Below, in pieces: positions 1 to 11,900 of a stretch of DNA of 64,000 nucleotides. Numbering within the stretch: position 1 is the stretch's first letter; every line of letters starts with the position of its first letter. A program made the translations under genes and the position numbers. The DNA lies in the NCBI RefSeq assembly GCF_001194135.2, contig NC_069002.1, forward strand, positions 37,055,471-37,119,470, written 5' to 3'. A model generated the notes under the pieces. That model did no database searches, was not told the origin of the DNA, and saw only the letters and a program-made list of their open reading frames with translations. Source of the DNA: Octopus bimaculoides. Its lineage: Eukaryota.

Positions 1-235
1 AATCTGTGATATTGAGCAGAATATTTGCTATAACGATATTTCTGCTTCAGCAACTCAGTACTGAATGTGTCTGAAATGTAATGGAAAATAGGTCAATTTC
101 AAAACATTGATGCCCAGGTGACAAAAGCAAAGTTTGAAGGGAATAGTAGGGATTTCCATTGATTTCTAGAAGCAAATAGGAAATAATACTTACTAACCAA
201 AAATAAAAATTTTGTTACATAATGTAATGGCTCTA
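1..235. repeat. Interspersed repeat copy plus shared flank; near-duplicate of 40350-40600. The repeat core also occurs inverted near 52900-52960.
   Basis: aatctgtgatattgagcagaatatttgctata...gaagcaaataggaaataa recurs at about 40350-40550 with scattered substitutions. Confidence 0.75.
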
Positions 236-445
236 GAATTGCCAGTTATTCACTTTCCTCACAGTGAAGAATATGGTTCCAAGATTGGACTCATTCACTA
301 TTTGCCACTGCCCTCTGCTTCATTCTCCTGTAGCTGTATCAACTCACTCACTCATCATCGTATAACTTAACTAGGAATCTATAATTCAATTAGTGCTAAA
401 TTTTCTGATATTCTCTTCAAAAAATTCTGCTATTTCTATTTTCAG

Positions 446-2446
446 CTTCACAGTTGACGGACAAGACTGACGAAGAGAAAGAAATGTTTCGAGTGATGGG
501 ATTTTTACAGTTTGATACAACCAAAGTAAGTTTAACTTGCTATTGTTGAAGAATTTGAATATCCATAGTCTAAAAATCTAACAATATAACACCATGTAAA
601 AAGCACAATGCTGGCGCCACACACACAAGATGGCTGTTTAGCCTTTTTATATTTATTATAAAATAAAACTCGTAAATTCAGGGTCTGGGTCTACTATATA
701 TTATGTGTGTGATGGGGCTATCTATGTATGGTAATGAATGTAATGTCACATTGATAAGGAAACGGTGTACTCAATTTTAGAGATATTGTGTCTTCATAGC
801 AGCAAGTAACATGTGTTAATGAATGAAATGAGATAATTAAGATATGCTGCTTTCTTGTGTATCATGTATTATCTCCAAGATAATGTATTCACATCAGATT
901 TTCTCAAATTAATTGATTTTTAGTTTTATTATTATCTCTTAAAAATTTATCACTTATTAATTTATTCATTTTCTCTAGGAAAAACCAGTAAATAAGAAAC
1001 CAATATATGTAGCAAATATTGTCCACAAAAGAAAATACAGGTGCGTAAATTTTTATTCTTTTGCTCTTGAGGTTTTAGATGTAGGAGTGGGGGCGGGGAC
1101 ATCTGAAATTTAATTGATTTTTAATGAAGCTGAGTATCTTCTATAAGTTTTTCAAGGTATGACAATGTGGTAAGAAGTTTTCTTCCAAACCATATGGTTC
1201 CAGGTTCAGTCCCTCTGCATGGCACCTTGGGCAAGTGTTTTCTACTATATCGCCTCAGGCCAACCAAAGCCTTGTGAGTAGATTTGATAGATGGAAAATG
1301 AAAGAAGCTTGTTGCATGTATGTATATACATATGTGTGTGGTGTGTTTGTATTTGTGTTAGTCCTTCACCACTGCTGGACAACTGGTATTGATGTGTTTA
1401 CACCCTTGTAACTTAGTAGTTCAGCAAAAGATATTGATAGAACAAGTACCAGGCTTAAAAAATAAAATATACTGGGGTTGGTTCATTCAACTGAAATTCT
1501 TCAAGGCGGGACCCCAGCATGGCCACCATCTAGAAACTGAATCAAGTAAAAAATGAAAGATAAAAAAAAATAAAAGGCGTGAAAGAGATATAGGAGATGG
1601 TCAAATAGGTGCAGCATGGCTAAGGTGTTGAAAAGTTCGCTTCACAATCACGAAATCCCAGGTTCAATCCCACTTCATAACATCTTGAGCAAATATCATT
1701 TTCTATAGCCTTAGGTCAACCAATACCTTGTAATGAAATTAGGTAGGCGGAAATTTTGTAAAAGCCCATACAGCTTTTATAAAAATTGTACCTATAATTC
1801 AAAAGGTTCGGCCGTTTCACACGCTTAATGTCACGTTGATTTCTGCCTGAAAATTACATATAAAATATACGTCTGTGAAATGCTTGGCCACTTACAATGC
1901 TAATTGAGGAGCAGACAATCGAGTTGAACAACTGAATCTTCATTGTTGAATAATGCAAATATAAGAGATGTGAAGGAGGCCAGAGGGTAGAAGAGGGCCG
2001 TAAAGCTGTATCTGTAATGACAGATATGAGGACACTTGTCTGAACATATATCATAATAATAATGATGCTTCTTCATCCTAGAAATTCAGATGCTATTTAA
2101 ATTGCTATTGGTGATCATCCTTGGAACAATGAAAGGTAAAGTCTATTACTTTGATGTTTAACATGTCCAGGTGAATTCTGATCAAATAAAACTATGTTGA
2201 CAGGCATTCCATCCATGATGTTCTCATCCTTTGTAGGTGGGAGCACATGGAATTATATTATCTCATGTATTCATTCTTGTCCCAAGACAAGTAATAATCT
2301 TCTCTTCTATCTAGCAATGATGTGTATATACATATTTCATTTTCATATAGGCAATGATGTATATAACAATTTCTTCTTCTCTTCTGTCCAGGCAATACAT
2401 GAACAGACGAGGCGGATTTAACAGACCTTTAGACTTTATTGCTTAA
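446..2446 (+). CDS. SNRNP27: U4/U6.U5 tri-snRNP 27 kDa protein, last three coding exons (5' part lies upstream of the window)
   Basis: Exons ~446-525, 979-1040 and 2392-2446 with AG/GT ends and matching phases. Translation: ...[61 protein letters not shown]. The C-terminus matches the recalled SNRNP27 signature [22 protein letters not shown]. The first acceptor could alternatively be at 454. Confidence 0.93.
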
Positions 2447-4422
2447 TTGTGTGTTTGCTTCACTGTGGAATCCTGTTCTATCAAATCATAGAACATCAGT
2501 GACCTACCAGAATACCAGTGAGCTACATCAAAAAAATACCATCTCCATGAGTCTAACTTAATTGACACCTCATCTCCATAATGTGCATATGTATTTTTGT
2601 TCATAAAATTACCTTTTCTACACTTCTTTTTCTCTTCTTAAATCCACTCCTTCAATGTTTCATTTTTTAAAGTTTAATATTATATCTTAAATAAAATTAC
2701 TTAGGAGTTTAATGATATGCTTCTTTCTGGAGTATTTATTTAATTATCTTCAAGATGAGTTTTCAAATTAAATCTGCCAATCTGCGTATCTCACTGTGTT
2801 TGTAAAATTAATAAAAGTTTCATCGAAAGGAAATCTAATCCCACACAGAAGCATTTGCCAGAAAACAGTTAAGAGGTTCACTTTCAAGCTGTAAAAACCA
2901 TACCAAAACAAACCTCAGTGGTGCTAGGAGCCAGTTCCTGTCAAACCATCTAACCCATGCCAGCATGAAAAACAGACGTTAACAATGTGTCTATGTATCT
3001 AGATATCAACTTTTCTTTCGATGTGATAAACAAACCCCATCACCACTCACTCTCTCTTCCTCTTTGAAACATCTAAAAACACAAAACCAATGCTGTCACT
3101 ACTCACTGTCTCTTTCACTCTCTCTCTCTCTCTCTCTTCTCTTTTGCTTTGTCACTCACTTCTTCATCCGTTGAAGTAAGTGTGACACATGACAGGGACA
3201 TACAAAAAGAAGTTGGCATATTTAATATTATTGATCACTTATCTACATTGAAGAAAGGTCACAGCTCTGGTGATATGGACATACAATTAGAATGGCAGAG
3301 GAAGAATTGCAAGACAGGTCCCTTCCAGCCAAACTGACACACACCTAAGGGTTGACCAAGAACAAGATGGCTGGACAGTCTTATGACAGTTGCTTCTGAC
3401 AGGAGGCGCCTGTGGAGTCAACTCCCATGACCCTTCAAGGAATCAGGGATAGAGTAAAATGGATGGATTGTCTTATATTTTTACGTATGGACCCCTTTGA
3501 TTGCTGACTTATTCTGGTGGACCCCTCCCATAGCTATTTAATGTTTAAATAACTAGTTTTAAAGAAACTTTCAAAATATCCTTTTTCACATTAACTTGTG
3601 TGGGTTAAACCATGAAAAATGTTAGAGAAAGAAACCTAGTTGTTTCTTGCAAAACCTACAACATACATCTAAAGCAAAATCTTATCCTTAATTTACTATT
3701 TTGTTGCATGGGACCCCCCACCCCACCCCACAAAGAAAAAAATTTGTGGACCCTGCTTGGGAACTGCTGATCTATATTCTCAAAGAAACCAAAAGAATAA
3801 TAAGCAAACATAATTGAGGAAATAATTTAATTCAATTTAGCATATTTAAAATACAAAACCTCCACCACAACTTGAGGTCTCTCCTGTGAGTATTAATATG
3901 GGAATTAGCTGAGAAAGCTCAACTTTCCCATTATTTCAAGTAAAAGGGAAGAAATGTCTCTTAAAAAGTTGTCACTTATGTGAATCAAAGTTTATTTAAA
4001 TGAGAGGGGGGGGGTATAAAAAGAAATGGCGAAAGTTTATGATTGGCAGTGATGGAGTGAAGTGGAGTGGATCACAATCATGATTAAAAGGCAAGAATTT
4101 CATTTCAAATGAAAACGTATCAAATCTAAGTAAATATTAGACAAATGTTTATATATACAAATTTATTTTAAATATTCTTGTATTTAAAACCCGTTTCTAA
4201 TATTCAAATTATGATTTAAACATAAAATAACAATACAATGCAGTATTCCTGCTGATGGAATTCACTAAAAAAATGATATTCTGGAATCAAATTGAGTGTA
4301 AATGTTATGGTTTGTACATGCAAGTTTTATTTGATCCCCCATCCCGCTCAGATTATTAGCATTTTTCAATTTGTTCTAAAGACCATTGATGACGAAAGAA
4401 GAAAAAAAACTTATTGCAGTGT

Positions 4423-7400
4423 TCACAGAAATAAATGTATAAGTTGCTTTGGTTTTACTGGTTTACGGCACACAGGACATTTATAGTTTAAAGTGGGACA
4501 TTTTGCCAGACACATTTCACAAAATATATGACCACATAATGTGGCTCTAAATTTTATATTTTTACTCCGGATCTGCAACATCAACAAAAACAAAACATTC
4601 ATTAAATAAAAAGGAAGAGACATTAAAAAAACAACAAAAAAACTATGTAGATAAAACAATCTCTGCTGTTATTAATAAAGTGTAGAAAGAAGATAAGTTT
4701 CTTATGAAGTTTGAAATCTAGCTTTAAATCCCTAACATTCTTAATCTTTAAAGTTAACATGGGAACAGGAAAAAAAAAAAAAATATTAAAAGATCAACAC
4801 TTACTAAGAATGCCAAACCACAGCAATCTGTCGAAATTTCAGGGAGACAACACAGACTTGTCCTACCATACACCTAACTTACTTTTTAGGGCCAGGAAAT
4901 ACTTCAGTTACTAACCTTTATGTGAAATACTAACGTTTCCTCCAGCAAGCTGGACTGGCACAGTCACAAGACAGCTGTTCCAACTTAGTAAACACATAAC
5001 AGCCACCTCCCTCTCCGTGATTCATCTCTTGGCCCCACAGACACTAACTCCATCAATCTCTCAAGACTGGGACAACATAGACAATACCCTTCATCTTAGT
5101 TAATATTTCCTTAATTACTATGGCTTCTGTCATGCATCATAAGGTCTAGAAATGGAAAGTGGCAGGGTTAGTCACTTAAATTGACCTTAGTACTTGTACC
5201 TGGTACTTTGATTTATTGAACCCACCAGGTGGATGAAAGGCAGTTATCACAGTGGGTGTTTAAACTTAGAACAGGGTCTATAGCTCAGAGAATCTCTCCA
5301 GATCAAGCAGAGAGGTCACAGATCTGGTCCTATGGACATGTGATTAGAATGTTGCAGGAAAGAATTAAAAGACAGATTCTTCAAGCTGAGCCAAATGGCA
5401 GGAAGACCTAAAAGGTAGACCAAGATTGAGATGGTTGGATAATATCCATAGCCTCGGTTGGTCACCCTTGAGAATCCAGCCAGAAAGTCTAATGATGGTT
5501 GTGTCTGAGAGGACCCTGTGAGGGCTCTACCTCCATGATCCTCCTAGGAATAGTAGGCAGAGGAGATGGCTGGAGGACAGAGTGCTCAAGGCTAACAATT
5601 CAACTAATTTACTGTCCTAAAAGTATAATGAAAATAATAATTACATTTTCAAATGTCTCCAAACACAATGGACAGATCTGAGATGCTGGGGATGTTCTGT
5701 GTGATCTACAAATAAAGACAAAATGGAAAATTCTGGAATCATTTATGATTTGAAAACTACAAAGGCAAAATTTGCACCTGAAACTAATATGATATAAAAT
5801 TATTTATTTGAAAGATTTCTGGTTTGTAAGCTCTATTCATAGCTATGTCTTTTTCAGCAGGCTCAATCTAACTACCAGATATAATTAGCAGGATTAGATA
5901 AAACTCAAAAGGAAGGGCTATTGTAGACTTGGAGCAAGAAGCCTCACACTCCAGTTTTGGCCCTGGTTTTCGTTTACAGGGAACATTTAATAGCAGATGT
6001 GCAACATTCTTTACTGCACACTCAACCACATGCTACATGGGGAAATGAGCAAGACATACAAATGGGTATCTTCTTCACCATGAATAACCACGTATCTTTG
6101 TTGTTTGTCAATAAGGATTCAGCTGTTCAACTGAATTACTTTCTGAATTAATATGTACATAGCCGAGCATTCTACAGACATGAGTACCCTTAAAGTAATT
6201 CACAGATAAAATCAGTTGGACATATTTTGTATTACAAGTACAATCTTACATATTACAAGTTCAGGCTTACACACAGTTTCCATCTACCCGATCTTACTTC
6301 CAAGATATGGGCCAACAAGAGGCTTTAGGAAATGACATCTGCCCAAAATGCCACACAGTAATATCCAACCTGAGACTTTGTGGTCACGAAACTTAACCAT
6401 TTGCCCATTCTGTACCTTCTTCATTAAAATAGATTAGAAAAAAACAAAAGGCAGATATTTTTGAAAACCTACTCTGATTCAGTTTCTGATGTAGACGGCA
6501 CATTTTTTCTAAATGAACGGCTCTGTAAAAATAGAATTTAGAAAAGAAAAATTAGAATTCAATAAAAATATTGAAGTATTTGTTTTCTATTATAGTGAAT
6601 TGTGTGAAAAAATAATTGAGAAAAATTTGTTAATTTACACCAATGATTCTCATTTTTCTAAATTAAACACAGATCTATGTTCCATCATCATTTAATGTCC
6701 ACTTTTCCATGCTAGTATGGGTCTGATGGAATTTGTTGAGGCAGATTTTCTACAGCCAGATGCTGTAAGTAAGGTAATATCTCCCATGATCAAACATGTT
6801 ATAACAGAAGACTGAAAACAAAGGACACCAGTTGCAGGATGATGACTTTCATTTACAATGAAGTCAAGGCAAGGAGACGGTAACACACGCACATCATATG
6901 ATGGGCTTCTTTCAGTTTCCATCTACCAAATCCACTCACAAGGCTTCCAAGGTTATAGAAAAAAACATTTGCCCAAGGTGCTAATGTTGGGACTGGGAAG
7001 CAAACATCTTACACACAGCAACACCTACTCCAAAGATTGAAAATTTTTCCTAAGCAAATATTTCTACATATGAGGGTCAGCTGAAAAGTTTATAGGCTGA
7101 CCAAGATCCCTTCATGAAATGTGACCAAATGATGTTCATTTTTCAACATAGTTCCCTTTGTGATCCACACACTTCTTTCATCCATGTTGCAGTGCTTAGA
7201 TCCCATTGGTGAACAAGTTTTCATCCTGCTGGTCCAAAATGCCATCGACAGCAGATCTGACATCATCATCATCACTGTGATACTGGTTCCCAGCCAAATG
7301 GTTTTTCACGTTGGGGAAACAGATGATAGCCAGACAGAGCCAAATCCCTAAAATAAGGAGGATGATCAACCAGTTCAAAGACACAGCAGCCATTGAAAGC

Positions 7401-8926
7401 AAGAACTTGTATGCTGGAGCGTTATCCTGATGAAACAAGATCCCTCTCATCAGTTTACCTGAGTGATTGTTGCTCTTGACAACCTCCTGTAACTGCCTCA
7501 TCCTGTTGGCATAGTAACCTCCATTGATGGTGTAACCCTTTTGAAGGTAGTCAATAGACACAAAGCCTTTTGCATCCCAAAAAACTGAGGCCATCACCTT
7601 CCTTGCAGATGAAATAACCTTGGTTGTTTCCACTGCTTCAATTGTCTCAGTCTATGGCTCGAAGTGATGACGCCAACACTCATCGTGACTTATGAAATGT
7701 TCAAGGAAACCAGCTGGAAACTTTGCCTTAATGTCAGATCTTCCCATGATCACATCACAAGAAAATTAATAACTAATTTATACTTCTACAATACACAAAA
7801 TATTGTAACAATTTGTTTTACACAATTCTTAATATTTAATAATAAAAAATAAGATTTTTAAAACATCAAAAGGATAGGGGGGGGGGGTATCCAAGAAAAA
7901 TAGGAATGAAAGGGGCTCAAAGGTAAAAAGTGGACGAGATTCACTGAATTGATTAATAAAAATTCATTTACCAACACATTACAGATGTGAGTAATGTTTT
8001 AGCTTTTGGTATTTGCAACACACACAGACACACACACTACTTTCAACTTGACTCCCAGAATATTCACACAGAAATTACATGTTAGTACCATGGCAGAGTA
8101 ACAGACAAAACTAATATGGAAAACATTTTATGGTAATATGCCATTTTTGTGTTGTTTTTTTATAATTGTCAATAATGTTTGGTGGAAACACAGTAGATAA
8201 AAAATAAAATAATTGATTAACCTCGATTATGGGTTCATCAGGAATCAATATAGGATCTGGAAAAGAGGAAAAAAAAAAGAAAATTTTAAAACAATATATA
8301 TTTCACATCCCTCTCCCTCTCCCCCTCCCCCTCTCTCTCATTCTTTTACTGGTTTCATAATTTGACTGCAGTCGTGCTGGAGCGCTGCCTGAGTTAATTG
8401 ACCCCAGGACTTTTTCTTTGTAAGCCTAGAACTTATTCTAACGGTCTTTTTTGCCGAGCTGCTAAGTTACGGGAACATAAACACACCGGCATTGGTTGTC
8501 AAGAGATGTTGGGGGGGACAAACACACACATATATATATGATGGGCTTCTTTCAGTTACCATCTACCAAATCCACTGAGAAGGCTTTGGTTGGCCCGAGG
8601 CTATAGTAGAAGACAGTTGCCCAAAGTGCCGTGCAGTGAGACAGAACCCGGAACCATGTGGTTTGGTAAGCAAGCTACTTACCACACAGCCACTCCTGCA
8701 CCTATATATATATATATATATATATTTGAGACTAATATATATATTTTATGATTATATATACATACACAAGATACATATGTTTTGAGAATGATGTGTATCT
8801 GCATGAAACTTATGTCTGTTGAAGCATAGAATGGTGCAAACCATAATTTTGTTTCAGAGAATTTGTAGGTACATTACAAATGTTATACACATTTTCATTT
8901 TAAACCAATGCTGTTTCTAGTGTGTG

Positions 8927-8958
<32 letters not shown>

Positions 8959-11900
8959 TATGTTAAATAATGATAACCAAAGTTGCTCCAAAAGAGCAAA
9001 AGGAAAAAGAAAAAAAAAGATATGCAAAAGTCAGAAATGGCAAAAACTGGAAAATATTTGATGTTGAATGAAAACATTAAAATGTCATTAAAATATAAAC
9101 AATCCAATTTGATAGTTAAAGAAGTTTTCTTACCACTTGCTGAATTGCCAATATTCTGAAAGGAAATAAATAAATAAATACAAATAAGCACAAAAGAAAT
9201 TAGCCAAAGTTAATTTAGAACTTTATTACCACATAAACACTTCAAATAGTTGTTGGTTTTCTTTCTAGTTTAATCCTTTTGATATCAACCAGACTGAGAT
9301 CAGTCCTGGCTCTATGATATATGCTTTGTGTTTTAAAGTTATCTAATTCAAAACCTTCCCCTAAAATTTGATGGATTGTAAATTGAAAGCCAAATGTCTT
9401 GTTACAAGGACAGACCAATGACAGCAGATAATTCCCCAATACCCTCCCAGTTGGTTGTTCACTGCCCTTTCGAATCAACTGTTTATGGCCATCAGTAGAA
9501 AAATAGATACCAAGAACTCTTTAGTCTTGTGAGTTAGATGATTTCCTCAGTGATGCTGGTGCCATGAAAATAACCAAAAAATGTACCCAATCCACTCAGT
9601 CATAGAAAGCTGATTGATAACAATATGACAGAAATCAAAGCTAGATCTGCCATGAAGTCTAGTCTGTTGCACATCATGGCTGCAATGCTAACTTCCAAAC
9701 AAACCATTGCAAGAGCCTCTATATTATCATTTGATTAGTTAGAAATAGCTAGATATATCAATGACAACCTACTATCTTTTAAATAAGACAACGGTGAACA
9801 TACTGGATAATGCAGTCTGAGAAAAGCTATGACAGAAAAGACTAGATGGCCACATGTAGAATGCCTCTGATCATAGGAGTCTGATCAATCAAGGCTGACC
9901 TGCTTTTCTCTGCCCTATAAAACAGTAGGAGTGAGTTAATGTTTTTATTCTTAAATATGTGCTTATATAACTTCCATAAGTGAGTGTCTCCATCTGCTAG
10001 TGATTATACAGGCACCTGAAACAATTAGCAAAAGTGTGGTACAAGCTACCAGGAGAGAAAAGCTTGACAAAAATCAACCTCGTCCTCCACCAACATTGTC
10101 ATGCAGCAAATGCCATTGACTTTTCTATGCAAGAATTGGTCTACAGAGTCATCAACGTTATCATCTTAAAGGAAGCGTTCAACAAAGAAACTAAATTCTC
10201 AGATACAAGATAAAGCCGATGATATATATACGTATATTTTAATTTTCATTGAGTGTAAGGAATAGTGAAATATAAAATGCTTCATTCAAAAAACAAGAAT
10301 CAGGATTAAAATTTCAACCGCAACTATCCACTCCATCCAAGATATTTCCGAAGATGGACAAAGTATCTTATGGACATTTCAGATTATATGGGTGAATTAA
10401 ACAAACTTTGTTTACTTACATTACTTTTCAAACGATTTTGTTTCCGTAATCTTTTCGTTCCAGCTGTTCTGTGTGTATATACAGCATCTGAAACAGTATA
10501 AACAAGGAAAATTACGAACAAATATTGGTTTCAAATTCTGACACAAGGCCAGCAATTTAGGGGGAGGGGACAAGTCAATTACATAATGAAACAAATAATG
10601 AAAGAAAATACACTGAGATGACTTTCTGAAAAAATATAGAAGTGAAGACTTGCAATCGTCTTTTTTAAAAGTGAGGCCCCTTGTCTTTTATTTGTTTCAG
10701 TCACTAGATTGCGGCCATGCAATCACAAGGCTTTGGCCAGCCCAAGGTGTCATGCAGTGGGACTGAACCCAGAACCATGTAGTTGGGAAGCAAACTTCTT
10801 ATTTCTTTATTGACCACAAGGAGCTAAACATAGAGGGGACAAACAAGGACAGACAAAGGGATTAAGTCAATTACATCGATCCCCAATGCGTAACTGGTAC
10901 TTAATTTATCGACCCCAAAAGGATGAAAGTTCAAATTCTGCCTCGGCGGAATTTGAACTCAGAACGTAACGGCAGACGAAATACCGCTGAGCATTTCGCC
11001 CGGCGTGCTAACGATTCTGCCAGCTCTCCGCCTTCTTACCGTGTGGTAAGAAGCAAACTTCTTACCACACGGTCACACCTGCACCTATGTATATAAGTTG
11101 TTGTTTTTTTTTAATAAAATAAAATAAAAAGTGAGAATAAAAATGTTTAAAAATTATGAAAAAACAATTTACCTCTTGCAATTCTTCTTGGATTGTCCTG
11201 AAATGAGAAATTGTAGAGAAATAAATGTCACCAGCAACATATTGAGTTAAACGAAGATGAACATCACCTACATTAGACTGGAGCAGCTACAATTGATTTC
11301 AGTTCTCTCACCTAAATGTAAATAGTCATCTAACCTTAACCCTATAACAAGAACCTGCTAGGCCCCACCCACTTCTTTCATATCTTAACCCTCTCATCTG
11401 CTAGCAAAAAGCCCCCAACCCTTGCTTTTCATAGACTCGCAAGCTCACTAGTGTCGGTGGCACAAAAAAAGCACTTAGTACACTTTGTACAAAAAGAACA
11501 TCTGTATACTTACACATATTGTAATAGGTTCAGCACTGACTACATCAGAAATAAAGCAGCTCATGTCATGAATGTTACCTTCAATAGAAAAAAAAGAGAA
11601 TATAAAAAAAAGCCTTAATAGATTTATGTGGAGAGGTGAGAGAGACAATGTCACAGTGATGACCTGCATCAACAATTGTCGATGCATGAGAGCGAACATT
11701 TGATGGAATTGGTAAGAAGCACTTAGGCCAATGAATTTGTAACTTTTTGCCAGTCTTTTTTCGCTGCTTTCATGGATTCCCATGACTCCATCCAATTTTC
11801 ATTATTACGGACTTGAATTGGGAGCTTGGGGGTCACAGTGAATCTATCACGAGCTGATCACACAAATATGACCACCACTCCTACGGATGCATTACAGTTG

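Noticed and set aside
6055-6140. Possible extra SIM-like exon (RYVVIHGEEDTH) in the RNF4-like gene, with a good GTATGT donor
   Set aside because: Every pyrimidine-rich acceptor upstream gives an in-frame stop. The only open option is a purine-rich AAG, and the gene is already in frame without it.
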